IMG/VR virus record: IMGVR_UViG_3300033073_001332 | Span: 155,554-219,553 of that record | Reading direction: 5' to 3' (one strand) | Source of the DNA: a virus | Taxonomy: Duplodnaviria; Caudoviricetes | Length of the DNA: 64,000 nt | In this document: piece by piece, positions 1-12,900 of the stretch | How positions within the stretch are numbered: the first letter of the stretch is position 1 | Layout of the letters: every line of letters starts with the position of its first letter | Made by a program: the position numbers and the translations under genes | The notes under the pieces: model-generated | What the model was told of the DNA's origin: nothing | The model's input: only the letters and a program-made list of their open reading frames with translations | Databases searched by the model: none

Positions 1-1899
1 TTTACTAATAACTCTTTGTATTACTATAACTCAACAGATAAAAGCCAAGCAATATCATTTAAAGCATTCAATTTTGACGTTAGAAACTTAGCATATTTTA
101 CAAATAACACGGGAACTATAGATAATAGTTCAGTAAACAATATATGCTTCCAATACAATCTAACGGCATCGACCGTAACTAGTCAAGGTAATATTGAAGG
201 TGGTACAATTATAACATCTAATGTTCCTCAATCAGGCACCTTTGACCCTGTACAAAATACTTCACTGGAGGTAAGAGCAATGTCACCGGCTTATCACTTA
301 CAACAATTTACTAATGTCACTATGACAAATAATAATAGATTAGTTTTTAGGTCCGATAGGTTACCAACATCAACTTCAGTTCAAGTAAGTGGTAATTCTT
401 CATATTCATTACATCTAAATGATAACTTTTCTATTTATTTGGTTGATGAAGAAGGTAATGGAGTTGTTGCACCATTTGTATCATTACAGGCAACTGACAC
501 TACTAACAACTTAGCGGATTTAACTGGTGATACTGCTAATGGCATTACTGATGCTGTTATACGTTCACTACAATGTGAAAATTTAACACTTCTTGAATGT
601 TATAGTGGTAGTGGTACAAGTTTCGGAGTAGATGAACCGTGTGATGCTAATTTGGATAACAAAAGAGTAATGGGTGGATGTTATTATTTTGTCGATAAAC
701 CTTTGATAGTTTCAATACCTAAAGACATAAAATACTTTATAGAATGGAAAGCAAGGTTTAGAATGATGTTTGCTGCATGTAGGGGCGTATTCTCACAAGT
801 TTTCCAAAATAATTGGGTTAATGGGACTTTATATATGTTCTCTTTTAAAAAGAAAACCATATTCAACGTTACAGGACAACCAAAAAAATATCAATTCTGT
901 GGTAGTTATGATAGTTCATTTAGACCAGGACAAGGACCTATTTTTTATACTGAAGGAACAACTAATTCATTATTTTATAGGTCAACACCATATAATGGAA
1001 CAAACTTTATCGGACAAATCCCACAAAGTAAAACTCCACTTACTAACCTTTCCCCTGTAAGTTTCAAAGGTATTAACACTAGAAACATATTTTTCCCAAC
1101 AACCATAATGGATTTGGGACCAAGAGACCAATTTACAAAAGAAATATGTACTAATCCACAATTTGAAGGTTACATGTTAGAAACAATGAAATCCACATCA
1201 TATAATGATACATCAGACTTACTTCAATTATTTATCATTTCAAGATTGATTAATACGAACTTTTTAGGTCAGATGTTAGGGGTTGGTGACGCATCAATTA
1301 ATCGAATGTTCTCAAGAAGTGAAGACAGAATTGATGGTGATATTGCACAATTATTTAGTATTAACTCAGAATATGGTGTTGAAGGTTTCAGTGATGATGT
1401 ATATGATGATGATACATTATATGTTGCCGGTTCAGGTGATGCGTTGGTTGGAGTATTCTTCACAGGTAATACCGAAAATAGAATAAAATTAACACCAGGT
1501 ATAACAACTTTCTCACCAACACTTAGCAACTATTATGGTTATCCTAAAACTCAAGAAGTTCCATTTTATTTATGGAAATTAGCGTCAACAAATACAATTT
1601 TTGGTGATGATAAAAACGATTGGTCAACAGGGTTACAAGGTTCAGGATTTTATAAACAAAAATACCAAACCATGAGTTTCTACCAAGCACCTTTCTCCAA
1701 CTACTTCAATAGTACGAATTATGGTAAGAAGGGTTACATTTATAATAGTAATAGTAATGGGTATAGTGCTTCATTCCCTCCGGGTCAAAATAATAGTTTC
1801 GTAGTTGGTGCCCCATATCATTTCTATTTTGGTTTAGGAAAAGGTAAGACAGCAATCAACAGATACATAACAAAATATATTTTGAATCAAGATGTCTAA
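1..1899 (+). CDS. Virion structural protein, 5'-truncated by window edge
   Basis: Frame open from base 1; S/T/N/G-rich; coupled to downstream structural genes. Confidence 0.6.
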   Translation, partial: FTNNSLYYYNSTDKSQAISFKAFNFDVRNLAYFTNNTGTIDNSSVNNICFQYNLTASTVTSQGNIEGGTIITSNVPQSGTFDPVQNTSLEVRAMSPAYHLQQFTNVTMTNNNRLVFRSDRLPTSTSVQVSGNSSYSLHLNDNFSIYLVDEEGNGVVAPFVSLQATDTTNNLADLTGDTANGITDAVIRSLQCENLTLLECYSGSGTSFGVDEPCDANLDNKRVMGGCYYFVDKPLIVSIPKDIKYFIEWKARFRMMFAACRGVFSQVFQNNWVNGTLYMFSFKKKTIFNVTGQPKKYQFCGSYDSSFRPGQGPIFYTEGTTNSLFYRSTPYNGTNFIGQIPQSKTPLTNLSPVSFKGINTRNIFFPTTIMDLGPRDQFTKEICTNPQFEGYMLETMKSTSYNDTSDLLQLFIISRLINTNFLGQMLGVGDASINRMFSRSEDRIDGDIAQLFSINSEYGVEGFSDDVYDDDTLYVAGSGDALVGVFFTGNTENRIKLTPGITTFSPTLSNYYGYPKTQEVPFYLWKLASTNTIFGDDKNDWSTGLQGSGFYKQKYQTMSFYQAPFSNYFNSTNYGKKGYIYNSNSNGYSASFPPGQNNSFVVGAPYHFYFGLGKGKTAINRYITKYILNQDV

Positions 1900-3643
1900 T
1901 GAAAATGAAATAAGAATTGTTTTGGGTTCTCAGCAATTTGCTGGTAACACGGATAAAGACATTTGGATACAACCACCATTAATTGGTGATAGAAGAACTA
2001 TGGTTGAAGGTGATAGGTCATTGACACTTAACCTTGCAGACCAATTTAATACAGAAAGACAAGAAAGTAATACTTTTAGAATTTCAGGTAAAATAACAAA
2101 CATATTTAATAATACGGTTTCAGGTAAAACAACATATACACCATATAGAAACATTCTTTATTATACAAATGCGATTGCAAATGCAACACTAAACACACCA
2201 CCAAACCCTAATGTGCCATGGGAAGGATACCCTCAGTTTGATGAGTTTACATTTGTTAGATATTCTGCAGTTACGGGACATAGAAATTATATATCAAAAA
2301 GTGCTAGTTCATACAATTGGATGTTATATTTAACTTATCCATTCAGTAGTGATACTACACAACCAATGTCTTACAAAAGTGAGGATTTTAATGTATCCAT
2401 CAATTTTACATCAGGTGACGGGATTCCTTTTGTTATTAAACCTGGTGAAATAAACGGTAAGAAGGTTGTATATTTTTATTGTGGTATAAATCATAATTTA
2501 TCCGTTGGACAATGGATTGAAATAAACATACCATCGTTACCAAATGGGTTCGGAGGTAAAAAACTATTTGAAGTTTTTAGTTTGGGGGATGGTAACTATA
2601 GGTCACAAGATACGGTATTTAGTATTTTTGATTTAAAATTCCCACAAAATGAAACAACGGTAGGTAAAGTAGGAACATTCAAAAGAATATCTAATATTGT
2701 TAATAGTGCTGAGACTAAATCAATATATTATATAAGATTACACAAAGTAGTTGCAACCCATTCTGATTTTAATATCACCCAAGCTGGTTTTGAAAACATA
2801 CCATTCAGTACTAAAAGTAAGGTTGAATATTCTGCACTTACACCTAATGGAGAACAAAGAGTTTCCGTTAAAGAAGGTTCAAAAACATTTAGTTTTGTTT
2901 TGAACAAAGACATTGTGATTGAAGAATATAAAGATAATAACGGAAAACCTATCACCGAGTTGTTTTTAACAACAATACAAAGAGGTTATATGGGTTGGTT
3001 TAATCCACCTGTGATGAATACATCGGGCAATCTGGTGGGTATTGATGTTGGTTGGGGGTTTAATTTTCTAAAAAACTCAGTAGACCCCTGGTGGAATCAC
3101 TCATCATTAAGTAACAAAGATAATATAGTGTTAGGTTCTTACGAACAACCACAAGGTAGTGGTCAGTACTTCTATTATAATGATTTTATACCAACAGGAA
3201 CCACATTAAAAGGTGATTTTTGTGAATACAATTTTGTTGAACAACAAGAATACGTACTTTCAAAAATGTATCATAAATACTCATTTAATAGTTCATATTT
3301 TTCAGACAATTCGGCTTTGAATTTACCAAGTGGATATGTTTATGAACCACACCACCCAATCACTATAAGAATTTTTAGTAATTATTTAGAGTACGGTACG
3401 AAGTCAAATACAGACAATATACCAACTTATGCGTGGTTTTCAGAATATGAACAGAATTTTGTTTGGAGAGATTTATATTCCTATGGATTTATTGATGCTG
3501 AAGGTTTAGGGGTTGATTACCCATTCACAAATGGAGCGCACTATCCATTTAAAAATGTTTTGTTTTTACAAAAACCAGTTCAAAGAACAAATCAAATTAC
3601 TACAACCATCATAAACCAACCAACAAACGACGATTGTGAATAA
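1892..3643 (+). CDS. Putative virion structural (baseplate region) protein
   Basis: 583-aa ORF overlapping neighbours in structural operon. Confidence 0.55.
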   Translation: MSNENEIRIVLGSQQFAGNTDKDIWIQPPLIGDRRTMVEGDRSLTLNLADQFNTERQESNTFRISGKITNIFNNTVSGKTTYTPYRNILYYTNAIANATLNTPPNPNVPWEGYPQFDEFTFVRYSAVTGHRNYISKSASSYNWMLYLTYPFSSDTTQPMSYKSEDFNVSINFTSGDGIPFVIKPGEINGKKVVYFYCGINHNLSVGQWIEINIPSLPNGFGGKKLFEVFSLGDGNYRSQDTVFSIFDLKFPQNETTVGKVGTFKRISNIVNSAETKSIYYIRLHKVVATHSDFNITQAGFENIPFSTKSKVEYSALTPNGEQRVSVKEGSKTFSFVLNKDIVIEEYKDNNGKPITELFLTTIQRGYMGWFNPPVMNTSGNLVGIDVGWGFNFLKNSVDPWWNHSSLSNKDNIVLGSYEQPQGSGQYFYYNDFIPTGTTLKGDFCEYNFVEQQEYVLSKMYHKYSFNSSYFSDNSALNLPSGYVYEPHHPITIRIFSNYLEYGTKSNTDNIPTYAWFSEYEQNFVWRDLYSYGFIDAEGLGVDYPFTNGAHYPFKNVLFLQKPVQRTNQITTTIINQPTNDDCE

Positions 3644-4481
3644 TAACTATTATAGGGTTACATTAAACCCAAACGATACTGAAATTAATATCCCTATTGA
3701 AATAAGTTTCGACATGGAAGGTAGGGAACAAGGAGTTGAACAATTTGAAACAAATGCGGTTCAAAGTTTAATTAATGGTATTGAAGATTTTGAAATAGGT
3801 AGATTTGCACATGCCGCTTGGGACAATGATGTTGATAAAACCGAAATAAATTACATCTTTAATTTTTTCAACCCTAATTTACCTACAACTTTTATTACTA
3901 ACCCACCATCAATTGGAAATTGGTTAGATGATTATGAATATGCAACATTCACTAACTCAGAGATTTATTACTTCTCAAATTCATTTAAAGGGTCATTCTT
4001 TAAGTTAGACTTTTACGATAGTAAAATACAAGAGAGTCAAAAAATTCTTTTTAGTGTGATATTACCAACCCAACAAGGATTAAAAGAACCGGGTACTATT
4101 GGACCAGCCTTGAACCCTACTACGGTCATGGTTAAAAAACCAAAATATGTTTTAGATTATACAGGTGCAGATAAAGAAGGGTTCTTCTTTTATTGGTTAA
4201 AAAACCAAACCTACATTAACCAAAGCGTTTTTTACATGTCTTGCAAGTTTTTCAATGCAAAGAAAGGACAATTTGTAAGAATGATTAATGAACCACAATC
4301 AGGTTTTGTCGGTCAAACTAAGTTTAATTTTGATAAAGAAAAATATTTCTATTACAAAGTTGTGATGGATAACAATAGTTATGAATATAAGGTCTATAGA
4401 GAATCTCCATCACAAGTTAGAGTCGGTGTAGGTCAAACAGCTAATACAGCTATAACTTGGTATGAATATGTTAACCCATAA
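3636..4481 (+). CDS. Putative virion structural protein
   Basis: 281-aa ORF, operon context. Confidence 0.5.
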   Translation: MNNNYYRVTLNPNDTEINIPIEISFDMEGREQGVEQFETNAVQSLINGIEDFEIGRFAHAAWDNDVDKTEINYIFNFFNPNLPTTFITNPPSIGNWLDDYEYATFTNSEIYYFSNSFKGSFFKLDFYDSKIQESQKILFSVILPTQQGLKEPGTIGPALNPTTVMVKKPKYVLDYTGADKEGFFFYWLKNQTYINQSVFYMSCKFFNAKKGQFVRMINEPQSGFVGQTKFNFDKEKYFYYKVVMDNNSYEYKVYRESPSQVRVGVGQTANTAITWYEYVNP

Positions 4482-5623
4482 TGGAGTCAGAAAAATTTAG
4501 TTTACGTATATCCCCCGAAGTATTGTCTACCGATATATTCGCGTTAGTTTATACCGCAAAAACATATTACGATTTACCATCAAACGGGGTACCAACTAAC
4601 AACACACCATTTACTGCAACTACACAAAATTTTTCACTTTATTCTGGTATGACAGAAATTTTAAGTGGAGGAACAAATGGTACATCACTTTTGACGGGTC
4701 TTACTATACCTGTAATGTTTACTCAAACATATAACGATATTGGTTACTATTCAGAATTTGATGGATTAATCGCTCAAAAAGATATTATAACCAACTTTTT
4801 GGTTTCAGGTGATAGTTTATTAAACTTATTTTCAGTCACATTATTTAATACGTCAGGTGATTATACCACAAGTTATTTGGATTTCACAACATTTAGTGTT
4901 GATTGGAATGATGGTTCGGCAATACAACCATTAACAGGAACACAACAAAATCACATATACCAAAACCCTGGCAATTATGTTATTACATTATCGGGTGCAA
5001 ATCCTTGGGGTGTTACGACGATTTCAAAACCAATAACTATTCCATTTATGAATGCCGGTGTTCCTAATCCAAATGGGACAATAACATTCACACCAAGTGG
5101 AGGTAGTTGGAATGGAGTTCAACTTACTCTAAATTATATCTTACCATTAGATGCTAACAATAATTTATCTTATCAGTCATCATCTAATTGGACTCAAACT
5201 CCTTTTATTGTTTCAGGATACACTAAATCTAAAATACAAGACTTAAGAAGATATGGTCCTAATCCATTTACGGTTGGATATGTTTTTACTAAAAACAACC
5301 AATTTTATGGTAAAATAGATTCAATTAATAATGGTATTACTGGTTATACAATTGAAAATATCAACTACTACGATTTACCTGATGGAAAAACATTCTATGT
5401 TGTAAGTAGTAATGGATTAACTCCAAATGATTTAGACCCAACAATAATTACTAAAAACGAACAACTATTAGATTTTGTAATGGCACCACAAATACAAACC
5501 GACATTTATGTTGAAAGAGGTAAATATAGTGCGTTCGAAGCTATTGAAAGATTAGGTGAAGTTGATAACATGGGAGACTTGGAAAGATACGGGTATGGTT
5601 TTTTCAAAATTAATATCACATAA
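4481..5623 (+). CDS. Structural protein with PKD-like Ig domain
   Basis: VDWNDGS...HIYQNPGNYVITL resembles PKD WDFGDG...HxYxxPGxYxVxL. Confidence 0.55.
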   Translation: MESEKFSLRISPEVLSTDIFALVYTAKTYYDLPSNGVPTNNTPFTATTQNFSLYSGMTEILSGGTNGTSLLTGLTIPVMFTQTYNDIGYYSEFDGLIAQKDIITNFLVSGDSLLNLFSVTLFNTSGDYTTSYLDFTTFSVDWNDGSAIQPLTGTQQNHIYQNPGNYVITLSGANPWGVTTISKPITIPFMNAGVPNPNGTITFTPSGGSWNGVQLTLNYILPLDANNNLSYQSSSNWTQTPFIVSGYTKSKIQDLRRYGPNPFTVGYVFTKNNQFYGKIDSINNGITGYTIENINYYDLPDGKTFYVVSSNGLTPNDLDPTIITKNEQLLDFVMAPQIQTDIYVERGKYSAFEAIERLGEVDNMGDLERYGYGFFKINIT

Positions 5624-5655
5624 AAAATACAGATAAACTATTTATTAAATAAAAA

Positions 5656-6564
5656 ATGGCATTAGGAACATATGGTATTGTAAGACCTTCGGATGTATCA
5701 CCAGCAGATGTTGATATCATATTACACTACACACCAAGTAGAGATGTTACGGATAATTTTCTTCTTAAAAAATTAAACTCACAAAGTGTTTTAACACCGT
5801 ATTATCATAATTCAGATACAGGTGGTAATGCAGGTGTTGAAGTTTTAGGTGGATTATACAACTTAAAATTACCTGCTAGTGAATTTAATAAAAAAGGAAT
5901 TTACACATTATACATTAAACCTGCCGAAATTAGAACAACAATTAACGATTGTGGGGTGTTATCGGCATTACCAAATGTTAAAGGTATTATTATCAACTTG
6001 AATGATGTACCATCACAATTTAGAAATAAATTCACAAATCAAGGTCTTGTTGGATTTAGAGTGGAATACTTAAATTCTGATGGTAGTAAAATACCTAATT
6101 TTTATAGAATAGTAACATCATCATTCTTTTGCGAACCAGTAACAACTGAACAAATTAATTCATCACAAAAGACAATAAGATATCGTTATGTTGATGGTGG
6201 AAGTGATTTAGTATTTTGTACGTTATCACCTTCATCCTCACCTACTAACAAACCAACCGCAACTCCATTCATTGGACAACCAAACCAAAAAATCATTGTA
6301 ACAAATACTTTTTTCAATCCAATCACTATTGATATCCAAATGGCTGACTACGATTTAGATACAATTGCAATCGCTCTTTATGGTAATCAAAGTAAGAGTA
6401 TGGAGGACGGAATTTACACTCTTTACGATAGTAATAACAATATCTATAAACAATATAACTTATTTGAGGTTAGAGATAACTTTAACGAGTTACTTTATGA
6501 AGTTAGACAAGACAGAGGTTCTAATATAGACTTCAGTAAAAACTTTACAAATATTATTACTTAA
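5656..6564 (+). CDS. Putative virion structural protein
   Basis: 302-aa ORF preceded by TATTTAT motif at 5639. Confidence 0.55.
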   Translation: MALGTYGIVRPSDVSPADVDIILHYTPSRDVTDNFLLKKLNSQSVLTPYYHNSDTGGNAGVEVLGGLYNLKLPASEFNKKGIYTLYIKPAEIRTTINDCGVLSALPNVKGIIINLNDVPSQFRNKFTNQGLVGFRVEYLNSDGSKIPNFYRIVTSSFFCEPVTTEQINSSQKTIRYRYVDGGSDLVFCTLSPSSSPTNKPTATPFIGQPNQKIIVTNTFFNPITIDIQMADYDLDTIAIALYGNQSKSMEDGIYTLYDSNNNIYKQYNLFEVRDNFNELLYEVRQDRGSNIDFSKNFTNIIT

Positions 6565-9500
6565 TGGCGAATAAGATTTTCTTTCCACCTATTGGTACTA
6601 ATACTTTCGCAGATAATCTTGTCGGAGTTCAGATTACTGATGCTGGTGGGTTAACACAAGGAAACTTCCAATTTACCACAGCAATATACGAAAAGTCAAA
6701 TCGTAACTTTGATACTGGTGTATTTTCAAGTCCATATACTTTAGAAAATATTAACGTAAATAGTATTGAAGAAGCAAGAAGAATTATTGAAAAAAACTTT
6801 AAAGTTTATCCTAATTATGATTTATCTGAGATAACAAGTTTTTCATTATATGGTTCGTTAGCTAAAAGACTTTCGGCATCTGCAATTAAAATAATTAACA
6901 ACTTCCCAGCGGCAATTGAAATAATTGCTTTACACCAATCAGGTCTCTTCACTGGAAGTACTGCATATAACATTACTTATAATTCAATAAACGATGAGAC
7001 CACTTTTGATATGGACTCAGCGTTATTTAGAAATCCATTTGGTGTTGATTTCTCGGTGAATGCTAAAAGAAATATTGAAGTACAACCATTTCCTGTTCAT
7101 CCAATAAGAGCGTTAACGACTGAGTTTGAAAACTATTCTATGTTCTTTGAAGATTTGGACAAAGAATTTCAACTAACATTTTTTGAACCAACACAAAGCT
7201 TAAGTGGTGGAACCGTAAGTGTTTCAGTAAGAGGGGACATGTTTAGTGGTACGACTGCAACAACAAGAAGTTTAATTTTAAAACCAACAAAGAGTAAAAC
7301 TTTAGAAATATTTGGAGATGCGTTTGATGAGGTTGAAAAGTTTTTACTTAATCAAAATAGTTTACCAAAATACACTTCAGTATTCTCTTATCCTGAATAC
7401 GATGGGACTACAGGTAAATACACATTATACAACAAGAGTATTACTTGGCCTATTAATAAGTTTTGGAATTTAGATATTACAAGTTCTGCGTTCAATCAAT
7501 ATTTGGATGATTTACAATTAGTTGCCGAAAGACTTGATGAATATAAAACAAACTTAATCAGTAGATTTTTAATTACAGGAGCATTCAAAGAATTTGATAC
7601 GGATGACCAAAAAATTGAAAAAGTATTACAAATCTATGGTAGAAGTTTTGATGAGGTTAAAAAATTCATAGACAGCTTAGCATACATGAATTCTGTTAAC
7701 TACCAAGTAGGTAACGACATACCATCACAATTATTATTCAATTTAGCACAAACTTTAGGTATTAACCCTAACATATCACCAATAACAAATGAAGGGTTCT
7801 TAGATTCAGTATTTAGTTCTAAATCACAACAAGTTTACGAGGGACAGGCAAATACTTTAACACCAACTGAACTTAATTATCAATACTATAGAAATTTGAT
7901 ATTAAATTCAGCTTACATGTACAAAACAAAAGGAACAAGACGTTCACTTGAGTACGTGATGAGGTTTATTGGGGCACCTGAAGCGTTAATGGAATTTAAC
8001 GAAATAATTTATGTTGCTGACACTAAAATAAACGTAGATAAATTTACTGAACAATATGCAACCATTTCAGGTGGTACCAAATATGTAACGGCACCTATTT
8101 TGGATTCTGCAAATATCTTTAGTATTCAAGGTAAAACGTACACAGGTTATACAAGTAGTGGTAGAATTAAATTAGTTAACACGACGTTAGATGATTACGG
8201 TATTGATAGTGATGGATACCCTAAAAGTCCGGCACAGACAGATTCTAATTTCTTTCAAAAAGGTGCAGGTTGGTTTGAACAAACACCGAAACATAGGTCA
8301 GCTCAAATTGCAGATAATGAAAACTCATCATTAAGTGGGTCAAATCCTTATCTTATAACAAAATTACAACCTTTTAATTTTGGTCAAGATTATATGAATA
8401 GTCTTAGACAATTCCCTGATATGAACGTCGGGTATACTCTAAGACGTGTTTCTGATAATCAAAAGTCTTGGGTTGTTAATGATGTTGGAACAAGAAAAAA
8501 TAACGATAATTTCAATGGAGTTGATTATTCAGTATCAAATGACAAGTTAGTTATTAACTCCAAGAATATGGAACTCTACATGAATATGGGTCAAGGTATT
8601 ACATATGATATATGGGATATGTCAGTAAAATACGATTACCCTATTCCTAATTCAGGTTTAACGGCACCTTATCCATATCCTGGAAATATTGATTGGACAC
8701 ACATCGACCCAAAACCAAAACAAAAAACTTTCTTTGAGTTTGCTCAAAGTTTCTATAACAACTTTATTAATGTAAGAAATAGACAAACAATAAGTGATGG
8801 TAAAACGGGAGGATACCCAACATTACAATCTGTTTTTTGGAATTACTTACAATCTGAACAGACGGTAGGGATTCCATCCAATAATTTCTCTTACCAAAAA
8901 ATGATTGACTACACCTTAGGTTTAGGTGATTATTGGCAACGTTTATTAGAGCAAGTAGTTCCTGGTACTTCATTGTGGTTAACAGGACAAAAAATGGAAA
9001 ACTCAATATTCCATAGACAAAAATATGTTTGGAGAAGACAAAGAGGTTGTCAGATTATTCCTGTGGCTTGTATTCCATGTAAGTATATGGGACAACCATT
9101 TGCGTACGATTGTATTGACCAAACATTACAATGTACTCTTGACGGAACACCTGCTCAAATTCTACAATCACTATTGGCTAATTTATTATCACAAAGTGGA
9201 TTAACTCAAAATATGTGTGATACAAATAGTATTGTATCTGAATGGTTTGTTGATTGTAGATTAGATAATCAAATACTTGTTCAAGAACAATTTTATACGG
9301 GTTATGGAATAAATGATTACCCATCCCAAACACAATTAATAAATGCAATAGATACATACTTAGTTGGGTTATATAATTACGGATTAAATTATTACTTTGC
9401 TGGTAATACCTTGATTGTAAGTAACTCGTCTTGTTATGATAATTTCTCAACAAGTACTTTATATTTAAACATAGGTTTGAATATTGATATTAATTGTACT

Positions 9501-9920
9501 CCACCATTAGTTACTCCAACTCCTACGCCGACCCCAACTCCTACACCAACACCAACTCCAATCTATACTGAGGTTAGTATGTATTTTGGTGCACCTGTAG
9601 CGTCACCATCTACGGTAACATTTGTATACAGAATTAATGGTGGTGCATGGATTAACATTAGTAATCAGGCGGTAGGAAACAAACCATCTACATTCCAAAA
9701 CTACCAACCTTATGGTACTTCTACGGTTGTTGGTGATGTAATTGAAATGGGAGTATTGAATTCTGGTGGATTTAATATAAGATTTGGTACGGGTAATAAT
9801 AGTGGTACATACACAGGATACTGTGGAATTAGTTCATACTATACTTATACTGTAGTAAGCGGTGTAAATAGTATTTACATAAACATCCAAGACACTGGTA
9901 GTGGATACGTAATATGTTAA
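6564..9920 (+). CDS. Baseplate wedge-like protein (P2 gpI-like motif) with C-terminal (TP)n linker
   Basis: YKTKGTRRSLEYVMRFIG resembles the KGT motif of P2 gpI-like baseplate proteins; TPTPTP repeat near C-terminus. Confidence 0.55.
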   Translation: MANKIFFPPIGTNTFADNLVGVQITDAGGLTQGNFQFTTAIYEKSNRNFDTGVFSSPYTLENINVNSIEEARRIIEKNFKVYPNYDLSEITSFSLYGSLAKRLSASAIKIINNFPAAIEIIALHQSGLFTGSTAYNITYNSINDETTFDMDSALFRNPFGVDFSVNAKRNIEVQPFPVHPIRALTTEFENYSMFFEDLDKEFQLTFFEPTQSLSGGTVSVSVRGDMFSGTTATTRSLILKPTKSKTLEIFGDAFDEVEKFLLNQNSLPKYTSVFSYPEYDGTTGKYTLYNKSITWPINKFWNLDITSSAFNQYLDDLQLVAERLDEYKTNLISRFLITGAFKEFDTDDQKIEKVLQIYGRSFDEVKKFIDSLAYMNSVNYQVGNDIPSQLLFNLAQTLGINPNISPITNEGFLDSVFSSKSQQVYEGQANTLTPTELNYQYYRNLILNSAYMYKTKGTRRSLEYVMRFIGAPEALMEFNEIIYVADTKINVDKFTEQYATISGGTKYVTAPILDSANIFSIQGKTYTGYTSSGRIKLVNTTLDDYGIDSDGYPKSPAQTDSNFFQKGAGWFEQTPKHRSAQIADNENSSLSGSNPYLITKLQPFNFGQDYMNSLRQFPDMNVGYTLRRVSDNQKSWVVNDVGTRKNNDNFNGVDYSVSNDKLVINSKNMELYMNMGQGITYDIWDMSVKYDYPIPNSGLTAPYPYPGNIDWTHIDPKPKQKTFFEFAQSFYNNFINVRNRQTISDGKTGGYPTLQSVFWNYLQSEQTVGIPSNNFSYQKMIDYTLGLGDYWQRLLEQVVPGTSLWLTGQKMENSIFHRQKYVWRRQRGCQIIPVACIPCKYMGQPFAYDCIDQTLQCTLDGTPAQILQSLLANLLSQSGLTQNMCDTNSIVSEWFVDCRLDNQILVQEQFYTGYGINDYPSQTQLINAIDTYLVGLYNYGLNYYFAGNTLIVSNSSCYDNFSTSTLYLNIGLNIDINCTPPLVTPTPTPTPTPTPTPTPIYTEVSMYFGAPVASPSTVTFVYRINGGAWINISNQAVGNKPSTFQNYQPYGTSTVVGDVIEMGVLNSGGFNIRFGTGNNSGTYTGYCGISSYYTYTVVSGVNSIYINIQDTGSGYVIC

Positions 9921-9928
9921 GATAAAAA

Positions 9929-12900
9929 ATGGCTTGTGTTTCAGGTTTAACAAATGGTGTTTATAGTTATATTGATTGTTGTGGTAATACTCAAACGGGT
10001 GTTTCCGTAGGTCAAAGTATTTGTTTAGATGAAACACTTACAGGGACATCTTTTGGTGTGTACATTGCAACAGGACAAACATGTACTGAGAATTGTAATC
10101 AAGGACCTTTAGATGTTAGTTTTTCAGTAACGGGAGTTTGTTCAGCAGCAACAGGTACCATTACATTTTACCCAACGGGTGGAATTTCACCTTATACTAT
10201 CGATAATACGTTTGACCCATCAATAAGTGCTCAAACGGGAACTACACAAATAACTTTCTCAGGTTTATCAGGAGGAACTTACGTCTTCAGATTGAATGAT
10301 AGTCAAGGTATTCAAAACAATGAACTTTTTATAAACGTCACAATAAGTGGATGTTTTGATGCTAAAATATATAATACAAGTGGAACTACTTGTGGGTTAG
10401 ATAATGGTTATTTTGAAGTAAGTGCAGCAACCTCAGGTTCACCATATACGATACTTCTTTACAAAGATGGTGTTTATGATTCTACGGTCGGGGCTGCAAC
10501 TCTACCACAACCTTTTAGTAATTTAGCGAGTGGTATATATTACGCTATTGTTGTTGATAATGCTTTAGCAACTGCATATACCGAAAACACCGTAATAAGT
10601 GCAACAACCGCAGTAGATTTTGGATTTTGGAAAGTTGATACTTCTAATTGTGATTTGAATTGGGGTAAGTTAGCAGTAACCGGCATGACAGGTACAGGAC
10701 CATACACTTACTTATGGGATAATGGACAAACAACTCAAATCATTACAGGTCTTACTCAAGGGACTTATAGTTGTACGGTAACAGATAGTTTAGGGTGTCA
10801 AACAACAAAAAGTGAAACTATTGGAGTAGCACAACCTTTAGGTTTAGCTTTTCAAACGGCAGTCCAACCAAGTTGTTTTCAAAATGATGGTTCATTAACT
10901 TTCACCGTAACAGGTGGAACACTACCGTTTTATTATTCAGCAACCACAGGTTTAGTTGGTTATACGTTAGATAACGAATTTACAATCTCAGGGTTAAGTG
11001 CTGGAAATTACGATGTATTAGTAAGGGATGCGAGTTATTGTCAAACAATAGTTAGTGGTAACTTATTAACACCAGGAAGTTTTGACCTTGTTGGTGTCTC
11101 TGTTACGAACCCGGTTTGTAATATAAATGGAGGGTCTATTCAAATTAATATTGGAGGAGCTAACCAATCTTACAATTATACTTTATCGGGTCAAACTTCA
11201 GGGAGTGTTCAATCAAACGTAAGTCAAAGTCAAACATATACTTTTAGTAATTTAGTTACTGACAACTATTTGATAACAATTTCAGGTAGCGGAAGTAGTT
11301 GTGTTTACCGACAAGAAGTAAGTGTCACCTCAACACCTAAATTTAGTATAAGTGCAACTACAACAGGTTCAACTTGTGGTCAATTAAATGGAACTGCGGT
11401 CATTCAAGTAAGTACGGGTTACACATCACCTTTAGATTATATCTTAAGTAATGGTGATACATTAATCGATTCACCATTATCTGCAATTACATATACAGAC
11501 TTAGCCGCGGGTTCTTACACAATAAGTGTTACTGATGCTGATGGTTGTGTAGTGACAACAGGATTTACAATATCGACTGGTGGTAGTTTAGTTACGGGAT
11601 TATCTACTACAAATTGTAATGGAACAAATAATGGAACGGCAACGGTAAACATTTATGATGGTTCACCACCATTCACATATAGTTGGTCAAATGGTCAAAC
11701 AGGGTCAACTGCAACAAACTTAAGTGGAGGGACATATGATGTAACAATAACAGACGCATCAGGATGTACCCAAACACAAAACTTTACAATAACATGTATT
11801 GGTAATTTGATTACATCTTATCAAACTTTCAATTTATGTACAAACACCTTTACGACAACATCAAGTAATCAAAGAGGTTTAATTGAAATGTTGAATGAAG
11901 GTTATTTAGATATTACGTCGGGTTATACGGGATGTTCATTTAATTCGGCTGAACTTACTTGTGAAGTTGAAATAAATGGAACAGCCTATACACAAACATT
12001 CTATACAGCAACAACTTTAAATGATGTTCCACAAGATACTTTATGGCAAACAACAATTGAGGATATCTTATCGGGAATACCACAGATTCAAAGTTATGAG
12101 GTTAATCTATTAAATAATACGCTAACAATATATTCAAATTGTGATGGGGATGAAGACCCATTATCAGATGCTGATTTTAGTTTAAGTTTGAGTATTGTTT
12201 ATGATGTTACATGTACAGGAACTTTATACCCTGCACCTCCAGCACCTCCTGTAACATACGAAGCATTATATACATCAACATCATTTGCTAATGTTAGTAG
12301 TAGTATTTGGCCGATATCTGGTGTAGAATCTGGAACTATATCATATTCAGGGGCACCTAATGAAATTCTCACAATGAGAGTGACATTACCAAATCTGATT
12401 AATTTTTCAGGAGGAACGTCAATAAACGGTATTAATTACAATGAGTATAGTGCTAGTACATTTACCGCATCAACAAATAGTTCAGGGGTCGGGACTTTAA
12501 CATTAATATCTAGTGCCACAACACACACCAATGTTTACGGACAAAAAATTCATTATTTAGAAATATTAAATTCAAGTTCAGGTTCCACTATTGGACCACC
12601 GGGAAATGGTTCTTCATGGTTAAGATGGAGATATACTAACCCAATTTCTGGTAGTCAAAATTTAATTGGAGGTAATACCATTTCTGCAACAACAAGTGGT
12701 GATGCGTGTAACAACATAACTTATGATACATCATATAGAATAATTAATACTGGTTTAACTATTAATACTGGCTCTACCGTATACTCAGGAACAACAGGCG
12801 CTATTTTAGTAAATGGAAACAATAAGTGGATTTCTGTTTATTATCCGGCTGCTCCAAGTGGTCTTGGGTATTATTCAGGATTCACGTATGGTACTAAATA